Below are positions 11,639 to 24,300 of a stretch of DNA of 64,000 nucleotides, piece after piece (the stretch's first letter is position 1; each line of letters opens with the position of its first letter). The notes under the pieces are model-generated. The model was not told where the DNA came from and searched no databases. It was given only the letters and a program-made list of their open reading frames with translations. Position numbers and translations under genes: made by a program. The DNA comes from Raillietiella orientalis (Eukaryota), in the NCBI GenBank assembly GCA_036172245.1, contig JAYWIR010000024.1, positions 2,418,001 through 2,482,000 on the forward strand, in the 5' to 3' direction.

Positions 11639-14600
11639 TTAGGCCAGATTGCTTTTGCATTACACAGTATTGCAGAGGCATTCATTTGAGCTGTTGTTTC
11701 AAGCTAACCATAATTAGACTTGAGTACATTTTTGATGTTTATGAGACTCAAAAAGGAAGAAACCAGGAAACTGAAAAAACAAAAAGAACCCATTAAACTG
11801 AAGTCATATTTTCAGAGCAGTGTAGATTTTTTTGTATGGGCTCCATATCAGTTGGGAATGCATTTTAAACCCTGTAGTATGGAACACTGCAAAGAGTTGT
11901 AGTTCATGGCAGTTTTCTGCCATGAATTACAACTGTGTCTTAAACAAGGTTAATTTTCTAGATTTTTCTCAAAACTGGCAGTTTTTTAATTCTTTAATTA
12001 GCAGAGCACCGCTGGATGTCAAATTACCTACAAATTATAAATCCCTTTCTGTAATTTTGCAACTTGTGACTATTTGGCATCATCTGATCTAACCTCGAGT
12101 TGCCGGCTTTTTGAATTGATCTTTGTGCAATCTTTCTCGATGGAATTGAGTTTTGGGTTGCGCTTCCAATGCTTGCTTCATGTTTTGTCATGCAAGTGCC
12201 AAGCATCGTCACTGTCAATTGCCGGTTGCGTAACGGCAGGAAAGTTCACAAAAGAACAATATGGCCACTTCAATGCATCGCATACTGCCAAATCACAATG
12301 ATATATGGAAATCACTATAATCACTATAACCGCGGAAAAGATAATAAGAGTATATGAGATATGGATTGGTTCGAAAACAAGTACGAAAGCTGGATTGTGG
12401 CGTTCGAATTCTAAGTACGTGTGTAAACATTAAAAAAAAAATATGAGCAAGCTGCAAACATTTCCATCACGTTTTGTGTGTGCATGAGAAATAAAAAAAC
12501 CATTACAGAGATAACTTTGGGAACTCAAACGAAAAAGCTATATGGCAAAAAGGAGATTTGTTCCAAAATGAAACAGAATCGATCGTTAAATCTGTTCCAG
12601 GTGAACAAATGAGCTGAAAGTTTTAGTACTGTGAGATCCGTGCTTTTAAATGCTCGGCCTGGATAACGGCTTGGCTAAAAACAACGGATCGAACTTTTGT
12701 GGGCTTTTTAGCCTTTCCGCTGTTTCCCCAAAATGTGCCTGATCACAGTTTCGAACAAAAAGTCGGACCAGTGTTTTATTCTCAAAAAGTTGCATTATTA
12801 GTGTATTGCGAGGGTGTTCCTAAATTTTATTTCTGACAGGCATAGCTTCCGGATTGCTGTGAAAATCACGCCCGGAATTTTCACGTGTTGGCACCATTTT
12901 GCAAAACGCCCGGTTGCATCTTTGGTGCTGTAAATCCATGCGGGAGCTGAAAAGTCTCCAAGTGCAATATGAGGTTGCAACGAAGCAAACTCTCGGCTAT
13001 ATTTTTTTGGTTCGTCAATGCCCTGGACTATTAAGGAACAGAAATTTGTATGCAAGGCAAATATTCTTTGCATCCATTAGGCTTTTTAGGAAACAAACCA
13101 GAAAACAAGTTGCACCAGAAAACGTCGCAAATTTCTCATGATTGCGATGGAGAGTGCCGAGATTTCAGGGAAGATTGGGATGATTTGCACATCAGTAGTG
13201 CTCTGATGCAGAACTTATTTTCACACGTGCTTTTTTTTTTACAATGACGACATCTAATTGGTGATGGCATTACCTTTTTTTTTTTTTGAGATGACTTTGG
13301 TGGACGCTTAGCTTTTCACAGCCTTTCCGCTCGATGAAATTAAAATTGCCACAATTCCGGCAAACGCAACCGTCATTTGACATTTGCATGTTACTCTTCC
13401 AGAAAGCAGAAACGAATGAATGGATTTCACACAGATGAATGAGCAGTAGAACTCGCATTGAATAATTGTGCAATTGCTACCATTCCAAACAGAATGAGTT
13501 TTCGAGGTGAATTTGTTTCCATTCAAGCCTGAATTAAAATCAATAGTGTCCAATGCTTTCTTGTTCAAAACTTCTGTGCAAACAGTTTGCTCGCACTTCA
13601 CAGAAACAGTCTTGGAAGTTACCTCATAATGAATCTGTAAGCATCTGTATAACCATTTTTGCATGGGGATTAATGGAGTTGACAAGCTCTAAAATTACTG
13701 AAGATATGTGTGTTACATTTGAGGGATCTGCTGTTCCATATTTGGAGTGAACCATAATCGAGTTCGCTCTGCACACAAGTACCACAACATACATTTCTGG
13801 AACAGACTCCATACAAACGAGCTCCAAAATAGTCTTTATCTAGAGAGTACATATAATCTTCCATGACTGCTCCACAGAAAGATACGTTTCTTCAGCTTTT
13901 AATCCGTTGCATCCTGGCATTTCTAAGAGTTAGCCTCCTTGAGGTATAACGAGATAGGATCTAAAAATATAGGTGTTTTTTTTTTTTTTTACAAACTGCA
14001 GAAGATAGTTTTGGATTTAGATTTTTTGTTTCAGGTAAGTCACAACAGCGACTGTGGTTTCAAACTTACCTCTGGACTTATTTACTGAAAAGTCCGTATC
14101 TGTGAGTCAGATAGTGCATCGACACCGCACCTGGCAATTCTTTGTTACTGAATGTGTACATTCTTTCATACCTGTCCAGCTAATAAGCTTATGTCATCCA
14201 CGGGAGCTGCAAAGCATCTATTTAGCCTGCCTGCATTAGAGGATCAACCATTTACATCCACTACATGTAGTAGCTTTGCTTTGATGAGTTTGGAAGGAGG
14301 AGCCTCTCGTTTCTTAATTAGAAAACGTACGTTATTTAATCTCTATGATCTCTATCGCATTCGCTTGGATTCTTGTTTTGCATGTTGAAAGGCAAGGTAA
14401 TCTAATCTGAATTTCGCTGTACGTTTTGGGCACCGTCGTATATAAGCCATTGTGCTATTAGATAATGGAATACTCTGTATATGTTCAGTACAGATGTAGC
14501 CCAGCTCTGTTTTGCAATACGAATTGCTTCAGAGAAAAATTGGTTGCTGTGACATGGTACGCTCAGATGAGCTTGCGATTCCGCAAGAGAGATGGCAAAA

Positions 14601-14728
14601 TTCTTTTTCATGAGCGCAGAATGTTCGCTATGAAACATTGTTTTTTGATCACGAAATAGTCCGATGCTCTCAGGAACGAATTTCTCTTTTTCCCATGAAT
14701 CCTTTAAGCATCCTTTTTCTACACGTTG

Positions 14729-14884
14729 TTTCAGTTCAAGAACATAACGCAACGAACTATCAGACTGCACCAGCAAAGAAATCCCGCTTCATTCGAAATC
14801 CCGGTTTTTACGAAACTTACACTTAATTGATCACATTTTCCTTTTTGGATTGGGTTACACACTTCAGAGTACGGTGCAGTGCAA
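14729..14884 (+). repeat. Dispersed direct repeat, copy 1 (~155 bp)
   Basis: TTTCAGTTCAAGAACATAAYGCAAC...CCCGGTTTTTACGAAACT...TTTTTGGATTGG..TTACACACTTCA...GGTGCAGTGCAA is shared with 16232-16391. Confidence 0.9.
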
Positions 14885-16231
14885 TTCTCCCGTGAAACCA
14901 AAATCGTAACTCCGAGCCAACCTCTCAGGGGTAAAGAAATCCCATGAATAAAGCCTACGAAGGTGAGAACCTAACCGTTTGGGTGCCGAATATTCATGGA
15001 GCACCACGCAAGCACCTGCTTGCTTACTAACGCATGCAAAACTTGCTTTCTAATTAAGAGTGACGGGACGACGTAGCTGCTTATACGATTTCCGATGTTC
15101 CGATTCTGCAGCAGCTGCTGCAACCGTCTTGCAGCAGTGGGATTGCACCTGGACCAAGTCCTAACTGTAAGTAATTTGCATTAACTCAAAGCAATCTACG
15201 GCAACCTCGGACCACCTGGCTTCCGGGAGTTTAAACGCAGCAGACCACGGACCAACGGTGAAAAAAGAATGGGACGGCACGATGGGGTAATGGAATCGGA
15301 TGCAAGAATTCAGGAAACAGCATCGACTTGGGGAATGACCTCACAGTCAGCGTGCAGTTGCATCCAGAAAATTGTAGTTTTGTAAAACTAACCAAAAGAC
15401 AACGTTATAATGCTATCAAGAGGAACTGAAGATGTCATCTCTTACTGAGGACATCTTGACTCAGAAAGTAATTCATATTTGAAGAACTACATAAAAATGT
15501 GGAGTTCGTGAATCAACGAGAAATGAGCGTCGAAAAAAATTCAAAGTAACACTACCTAAAGACGCATTGAGCCAGGCCACGTGGCCTCAATCAAACGAAG
15601 TTGAGCCCCATAAAGAGACTGCAAATTGTTAGTTAATTATACATCATAACGAAAATGGGTCATCCCCAATGTCTGATACATTTCAAGACCAAAAAGGTTT
15701 ACGAATATTACAAATTCTTAGCAAAGTTTGCCGTCTGTATTCCTTAAGCACACCATCACATCACAAAATCGTGGTAAAATCTAACGATCGAGAACTTTAT
15801 TATTTCATGTCGAAAAGACATTCGAGATGTAGGGGACAGAGGCAAAGAAAAACAAAAAAAAACGGCTTCATGTTTTGACCAAGAGAACTCGGTTTACGAT
15901 TTTTTTTCGAAATCACCATGTCCTGAATCTGAAAACATGCTGTACATGTGACACTTGTGATGTCGCAGCTAGTGAAGGTTAACAGCTGGTCAGCTGGTCA
16001 ACTGGCTTAACATGTATCTAGTAGCTGCGTTGGATTTCCATCTGTTCGGAATGCCCTTGGGCGCAAGTCTCAAGCGGAGCTTTAAAGCACATATATACAC
16101 ATACTGAAGTACAAACTATTTCTTTAAAATTCTGGATAACAAGACTCCGATGTAGGTTCTTTTGGGGGGGGGGGGGGGGCACGCAATTGATGGAATGCAT
16201 ATTTCTTTTTAAAAAATGTATTCACATGCTA

Positions 16232-16391
16232 TTTCAGTTCAAGAACATAATGCAACTAACTATCAGACTACACAAGCAAAGAATACACTTTATTCGAAAC
16301 CCCGGTTTTTACGAAACTCTAATTTATACTTAATTGATTACATTTTTCTTTTTTGGATTGGTTACACACTTCAAAATATGGTGCAGTGCAA
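16232..16391 (+). repeat. Dispersed direct repeat, copy 2
   Basis: Diverged copy of 14729-14884 with substitutions and small indels. Confidence 0.9.
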
Positions 16392-16827
16392 ATTATTATT
16401 TAGGCTTTAAAATCATTTTCGTAATAAAAATAATGATTTTTGGTTATAATTAAAAAAAAAAAACTTATTGCTAGCTGTGGCGATGGACGAATTATCTTGA
16501 GCAGTTTCGAGATATTCCTGCACGCTTAGGGATAATCAAGACATATCGTGTACACATTATAGGCTTAAATGAGCACATTTATAGCAAGGTGCACATTCCA
16601 TCAGCTGCTGGCGAAATGCCCGTGCGTGTGTGTTTTTTTGTGTTTTGCGGGGGGGTCAGCCTCTCTGATGACTTATAGGTCTATATTAAAGGGAGAAAAA
16701 AATTACTTTAAACATTCATTTTAGGGCAAGATAGAAGCAAACAAAACCATACACAGAAGTCTGGTCCCAGGATGAACAACACACATAATACTCTCATATA
16801 TGACTTTCATGGCTTTCACTTGAAAAG

Positions 16828-19802
16828 TTAAAAATAATACTTCATGAATCTACCGATAATACGTAACCATGCTGGAATTACGTGATATACATCTTTGAAC
16901 GTTTGCTGTGTTACCAGTTCTGCATATTTAGACAGGTTTAGCTGCTCTTCATGAAGTTGTTCTTGCAGTGCATTATTGCGTGTAACGATAGCGAATTGCA
17001 ATTCCAAATCACGATACACCGATCTGTAGCCTGCAGTATGCAATACATCATAAAAAAAACAATCAACTTTGCTTCCTACCAAAATTAGACGACCCAACTA
17101 GGGAAAAGCATGGTAATGATGCCTTTGACATATAATACCATAAACCTTTGGCATGATAACTCCAGCTTGGTCTTTCATACTCATATAAAGTCACGGGATG
17201 TTTATAATAAGCACTTTCATCGAAAAGCGTTTTTGAAAAATACGTATAAAAATGGGGGATCATGTTCAATACTCCTGCTGCATCCCAGAAACCATTGGCC
17301 TAAGAAAAACACATGCATTATGTTTCAGTAAAGATGCACATACTTTAGGATGTGCTATCAACACCTTGATGGAACTTTTACAGTTTGCTAATTCTTGTTT
17401 ATACTGATCAACCAGATTGAAGTAGCCTGTTGATAAGATTATGTGTGAATTCGAGGAAGCATGCTGAAGGACATTCAGAGTAGTTTCTAGATCATTAGTT
17501 ATATGCAAAGGCATTATCTGCAACAGTGGGAATATCCATGTATCTGCATTCTCAACAGATGACAGTGAACATGACTTCTCTACCACATTCTGGATAACCT
17601 TCTGTGCTTCACGAACAAATAAATCATAATCGCCAGTAACTGGACAGATATTCCAGTCAGGATGCAGTTCCAACTGACCATCTGCATTCAATTGGAAGGA
17701 AAACTTCCTAATGGCATCAACCAAATTGCACAAAAAATCTGCTATATCAGGAACATTCTCCAATAAGATGTAGCGATCTTGACGATTGGTGAAATACTGC
17801 TGGCTCAAATTGCCACTTAAGATTTTCTGTTAGTGGCTAGTATATGGGAATCACTCACCCACTAAGCAGAACTGAATCATCAAAAATGTATATTTTCATA
17901 TGTTGTAGTCCTATTGTCTCCTTCAATATACTGGGTAGATACTGAAGGACATGTCTCAAGTTAATAGACTGATAATAAGAGATCTGAATATTTCATAAGG
18001 TAAACTTTATTTTGTTTTATTTTTATACAGATATTAACCTTAACCACATCGGGATGCTGCGTTAACAGCTTTTGTAGGAAGTCTTTGGAAGTATCCTGGG
18101 GTCGAGATGCTCTAATGCCATCCAAAAGGATTGTAACATTCAAATTTCTACTTGAAACAGCATCTAAAATGCTTTTTAACTATGCGAATTTTTAAGCCTT
18201 GCAAATACTAGTCAACAAAACTCAAATCACACTAAAGTCATAACAAATGCAAAAACTGATGTAGCATGAATAGAACAAGATCATGTAGAATCCACCCAAA
18301 TTCTCATGTACACCACTAAAATTATATGATTACATACAGTGAATTAATAATTATACACAAATGGACAACTGTAAATAAGGAATTGATTAATTAAAAATTA
18401 TTAATAATTTCTAATATAAAATTCTCAAGACTGCTTATTCTTTGATGAAGCAAGAAGGCATTTAGATGAAAGCTATTGATTTCATCATGAAAAGTGTCTT
18501 TATTCAGCCATAAGCTAATGAATGCTTCAAATAAAGGTTTCTGAATGAGTATTTAGTACATATATATTAAATGCAGTATTTAAAAATGCCTTCCACATTC
18601 AAGAAAACCTGCTCAAATATGTTGAAATGAAAATACTGCTGACTCTTATATACACATAGGAAAAGCATGAATTTGAATGAAATAATTCTGACAATTAATA
18701 AACTTATTTCAGTAATGAACAACTTCTTGAATAATGAATATCTAACTATTTGATGGTTATCGAGACATCCAAGAAAGACATCCAATAGGTTGCGAAATGT
18801 TATAAAAGGACAAAGTGCAATTTCTAACATGTATTTTAAAACCAAAGTATAATGATAATGAATAAGGCAACCGCACTTAGAAGTACTGGATATGAAGGGA
18901 TGGCTGTGTAAAGATCTCTATGTATACAAAAATGGCTAATTAGTAGAACCCTCTTAACATGATTGCATTAGGAGAAATGACCGAATTTCTGTTGCTGAAT
19001 AATGTTTCTGCTGGAAGTATGAAAAGCTGCACAAAATTCACATCAAAAGAAGAACCAACCTTTTTCTGGGATACAAAAAATCTTGTGCACTACTTTTAAA
19101 ATGGAAATATAACTTTTTATTAAAAAAAAAAGAGTTACTGTATATTTTATTAGCTATTATGATTTGTGCCCGATAAACCTTTCTGAAATCAAATCTGCCT
19201 CGAAGAATGTAAACATCGGGCAACTAAACTATGGCTAATCAATCCATATCCATGCAAACTTCCTAGCTACACTGATTGAAAATTAAAAAAAACACTTAAA
19301 CAGTGAAATTATAATTAGCTTTTGAGGTTTATGGCAAAACGATTTGCACTGAAAATCACAATTACCAAGTGCTGTTCTAGGGGTCCATCACCAAGGTACA
19401 AAGACGCTAGAGTTATTCTTTTGGCTGCATTCTTTATTTGGTCTAAAATTGTGTCGTAGAATTGTGATGGATCCTTTAGCACTTTCACCTACACAAAATG
19501 GATCTAAATGCTTAAAACTTACTCAACGCGGTGACGATATTGGCTATAATCAACACACACTACAATGTTATACATGTTGTTTGAATTTTTAATGAGTCTA
19601 CATCATTAATAATAAATAATATATCAATTAAGTACTAAACTCCTCTGAATTTAAATTAAAAACAGAATATAAAATAACGATCAACAAACTGTGCCTTATT
19701 TCCAAGTATTCCGAATCTTGGTAACGTAGAATCAATTAACCACTTGAAATCCATGACCATTCCAACGAAACAGAGAGAAAGCAGTGATGTCCAGGTCACC
19801 AT
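16828..19802 (-). CDS. PGS1: CDP-diacylglycerol--glycerol-3-phosphate 3-phosphatidyltransferase (mitochondrial PGP synthase, PLD family). Exons about 19802-19695, 19488-19366, 18179-18039, 17983-17859, 17815-17344, 17299-17080, 17030-16828; start codon uncertain
   Basis: Motifs RITLASLYLGDGPLEQ, VTILLDGIRASR, ETIGLQHMKIYIFDD (HKD1), SGGNLSQQYFTNRQDRY, STGYFN, ANGFW, WSYHAKGLW (HKD2-like), VGSSNFGYRSVYRDLE. Other in-frame Met codons lie up to 19883. Confidence 0.92.
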
Positions 19803-21647
19803 TCCATGACTATTCTCTTTTGAATAGGTGAGCATTTTTTTGTTTTCCATCATAATTTTATTTTTCAAAATATGAAATCCCATTAATTAAAATATGAATT
19901 AAGAAAAAATTGACAAAACATTACCTATATTACCCATTTATCAGAAATGAACAGATTTAAAACCCAATCGGAAACATACTGAAAACAGTTAAGGGGAATC
20001 GTCGTAGCAAAAGTATGACAAAAATATTGAAAAACATCTTCAAAGCTGAAACATAGGATTCAATGAATTCCTTTATAAACACTTTACTTTGAAATATTTG
20101 ACGACCAAAGGAATCAATATTACAAAATAAATTTCGAATTAAATCTTGAAGTTTGAATCTCAGACAAGTGTCTATGCACTTGAGAAAGTAATTTGCCGTG
20201 TTGACATTCAAAAGGTCTCGTTCACTTCTAGATTTTCATTTCCTTCATCTTCATATTTTGTTTTCTTGTATGTGCATGTTCCAGACGAAAGTTGCTGAAA
20301 ACATCAATGCAATATATGCCTTATCCACATTCATACAGTGTGTTCCGATTCTACTATTATACTTCTATTTATACTGATTAACCTTAAAAACGCTCTGATT
20401 TATGGAATATTCAAAAACTTTCCTAATCAAACCATCGTGAACTTTATTTTAAGATAGTTCAGTAAACTCTTTTTGTTTACATATCAAATATATGTACTAG
20501 TCTGTTGCACCGATTCTTGTAAGCTTATTTTCCTACAGAAGTGCATCCTTTATGGTAGCCTATGTATGTCCAAATTGCAATTTTCTGTATAGGAGTCCTT
20601 AATGGATGTACACACTTCACTGCTATTGTCTCGTGTTAACGATCTAGTATATGACTACTGCTTGTTCAAATAATGCAACCTATTACAAATCAAATAATAC
20701 AAATAGTCCCTAGAGAATTTTTATAACCATTTAGTGTCCAAAAGAAGTGCTGGAACCAATTTGCTGTATTCACAGTTTAATAGTTCCGTAATAACTTCAC
20801 ATTTGTACTGTTTTTGACAAATAAGCATGCTGTCCCTCGTATTCATGTTTTTAGATTGATAGTTTCAAGAGAATTGATAAAGAAAATAGACTGAAGACTT
20901 GTTAGCAACACGAGAAAATTGATTTAATTCGTTAAAAATGCCACACGTGTGTCTTATTTCATGAAGCATTTAGTCTTCCAGTGTTTCAACAGTGACAAAA
21001 AAGGACTGTCATCTTTACAAATGTTCTTCATCGTAAGCAGTATTCCGATTCTAATTCAAACAATTTCTCAAAATTCTAAACGAAAGAAGCATTATTCTAG
21101 AAAATTGTGGCGTCTAGTTGATCAAAATCAGGGATAAGAAAATGAAGAAACAAACTTGAAGAAAAATTTTTTGAGTGCATAGGAGGATTAAAAAAATTTA
21201 GTACTTCAGGAAATCAGTTGTCAGCTACCACTGACTTTCAGAGAAAATCAGCACGCAGTTTTCAACACAAGGATAATTTTTTTGAAGAACATACAGCATA
21301 GAATCCTAACAGGATCGGAAGCAAAATTTACCAGATAAATCAGTTGCAATTACTAAGCCATAGTTAATGGAGAAATCAGAGGAATGAACTTAAGATCCAC
21401 TGTAGCTGGCTTCGAGGCTGTAAGCTTTTGGTGAGAAAAAAGCAGAGATTGTAGTCCAGTTATAAGACAAAAGCATGGGCAAAACAAGATTATTTATTTC
21501 AGGTAGATGCGTATCCTCATCAGTTTGAAAATTTTTATCTTCCAAATATCTATAATTTTGGAGATATATGGCCACAGTGGTGTACTGTAAAACTGTAATA
21601 CACAAAAAACACTGTAAATGCACACTAGACTAAGTTCAAGGAACAGA

Positions 21648-24300
21648 TTTTTCATTTACTAAAATGTATACATAATTTTACAAATAAAATAAAGGGCTCT
21701 CCCATATCTTCTCTCGCGTTCAGCATACTCTTCTTTCATTACATTATGGATGAGGATCTCTCTTCTGCCTTGTGGTCTTCATGTTGGTCTTGTCTCCTTG
21801 CATCATCTGAAGGATGTCCAAGGCCATGCATTCAATAGATATCCCGGTTATGCTATATGCATGAGGTGCCTCAGTTTTTCGGTGTACAGCTTCGGGATAC
21901 CTAGTTCGCGTCTCAGGACTCTATCATTTCGGGGATTCCATGTCCCTAAGGGGCCGATGATAAAGACCCTGAATTCAGCCTGGATTCCGGTCTTTTTCAG
22001 CTACAGGGCAATTTCTTGATATTTTGTCTACTTTTTAGTCCTCATAAGACTGAATGCTTCTTCTGGGTTTTCAAATGGACAGGAGACATTAAAAGTCATC
22101 ATTTTTCCAGCTTTCTGCGCACTGTGTCTGGCCTTAGACTGGAGTCGCACCCGGGTACTGTTCTATTTGTCAAGATCAGCTTCCATCCCGCGGTGTTCTT
22201 CGTAGCTGCCACCAATCATGACACAATGTCATCATGTCTCGCTGTGTAGAGATGAGAGTGCCTCAAACAGTGGTTTCAAATGTGAGGCAAAGTCTCATCC
22301 CATGTCACACAGCCACGGCATGGTCTTAGGGCCTCCTTGAAACGTCCCTGATCGGCAGCAATTACAGCCTTGCCGCGTGAATCAAGAGGTAATCAGCAAG
22401 TCTCAGGTAGTCCCCCGTCGTAAGGAAGTAACTTGAAGAGCGATGAGGTCCAAGACATGTTGATTTACGAGATCAAGCCATGTTCGTTACCTTTGGGCAT
22501 TGCGCACCGTTGCTGTGAACTTGTAGTTGCGTCGAATGCCAGGTCCCCAATTTGAATCCTCACATCTTCTTCATCAAGGGTCCAAGTTGCCTGCACTGCG
22601 ATGGGACGCTTTCCTTCCATTGGTCTAGATGCTTTGATATCTCCACTGGTCTGGGGGAATTATCCAGCTGAGTGATAAGAATCTTCCAAGGTCTTTCTCC
22701 GAGGGTGGATGCAGTAGTTTTTTAATCATCATCTCCAGGAGTGATAACTTGGCAAGACTCTTGACGGGAAAATCAGGGCACGTCAGTAGTTTGAAGCAGC
22801 TGCCGACAATGAAGGTATCTGCTTTGTCCGACAGTCTCATCAATTCAAGGCATCATTTTCTCCTGTCCTCGTATAGGTATTCGTTGGCTGCTTTTCATGG
22901 TAGGTGCAATGTCGTCTTCACCATCTTCCTGATCTCTCTGTCGGCACCTTGCTTGTCTGCTTTAGGATGTGTACCTAGCCTCTGAAAATGCACGAGGAAG
23001 AAGAAAAGGGAAGAAGAAAGTCTTCAATGCATCCATCTCCTGTCAGGGAGAGTCCAGAAGTTAACAAGGTTTGGGCTTTCTTAAAGATATCTGTATAAAT
23101 GTTGTCGAAGACTTCAATCCTGGATGGCTTTCCTAAGTGCTTATAAGCATCAGAAATTGAAGTGCACGGGATAGCAACTCTGCCAGCTTGAGATCTTTTA
23201 ATCCACGGGGAATCTTTCTGGAATAATATAGTCCTGCACGCTTGGCAAGATTAACTGAGAGCTCAGAGCTAGACGCAAAATCCTAAAAGTGTCGTAAACT
23301 CAACCTGAGGTTTTGTGTGATAGCCAGCAGCACCAGGCCATCAGCATAATCCAGGAGAGTATTTTCACCATAAGCCTCCCGCGAGACTCTGAGTATAGAC
23401 TCCAAGGCAAAGATAAAAAGCAGAGAGCTGAGCGAGCAGCTCTGCTTAACATCACGCAGGAGGAAGAACGGTCTGGTAATCGGAGACTCCAGCAGAATAT
23501 ATGTGGAATTTGGCGAGCACAAGTCCTGGATTACTTCTATGAACGAATCTTTTACTCCTGTTCCTGCTGAATTCTGCAGAAGCATGCCGTGTCTGATCGT
23601 GCCAAATGCGTTGGATCCACAAAAACGATCCCGAGGTCATGCAAGGACCGTCTCACATGGTCCAACCTTGTGTGCAGCACGAAGTCACGGTCCAAGACTC
23701 CATCGAAAAGCAGGAAGTCCTTTTGCTCAGGTCAAATGACTCCATCATCCTGAATCCAGTCCCTCAATCGCACTGACAAACATTTGGCATACATTCCGTA
23801 ATTGGCGTTACCAATAGACATTGGTCGCCAGTCTGCCACGTTGACGGAAGTTGCCAAGCATTTTGGTAAAAAGATGGTCTTCGTGCACTTCCATGATGAA
23901 GACCTTTCTTCTCCTTCAACAGTGTTGAAAATTGCTTCCAAGAGCTTTGCCTCCTGATCAACCATCCTCCACCGAGAGTTGGTGATTCCATCGACCCCGG
24001 ACAACAAGTTGTCTGCCTTCCTTAGCCATTTGGCAGCCTCTTCTTCAGTGAAGGGAAGCATTTTCAGGAAAGACACTTGACTGTGTCTTACTAGAAGTAT
24101 TTTGTTGGAAAGCTCCGCATCCGTAACGACGGAAACTTCCAACAGTTCTTGACACTGCTTCTCGATCACTTGGGTTTCGATGGGGCAACGACCTTCTTTT
24201 GGCCCAAAATCTCTCTGAAGGCTCTTCTATCGAGTCTACATAACTTCTGATTTGGGGACTTATTTTGTGGGTACATGGACATCATTTTAGTGTGAATTTT
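21648..24300 (-). mobile_element. Degenerate, 5'-truncated non-LTR retrotransposon with restriction-like endonuclease (NeSL/Utopia-like)
   Basis: RT motifs in order: SGVDGIT, WKCTKTIFLPK..DWRPMSIGNANYGMYAKCL, VKQSCSLSSLLF..LESILR, LDYADGLVLLA, AYKHLGKP. Then zinc knuckle CRGC..ETLPHI*NHC...RHDDIV, and endonuclease LRPD..FNVSCPFEN..IIGPLGTWNPRND. Many stops and frameshifts. Confidence 0.85.

Noticed and set aside
12798..13864. Overlapping minus-strand ORFs of 64-125 aa
   Set aside because: Possibly a decayed transposase, but I could not identify any diagnostic motif.
18420..18490. C box ATGATGA on the minus strand in PGS1 intron 2 (similar one near 42105 in a lingerer intron)
   Set aside because: No CTGA D box or terminal stem at a suitable distance.
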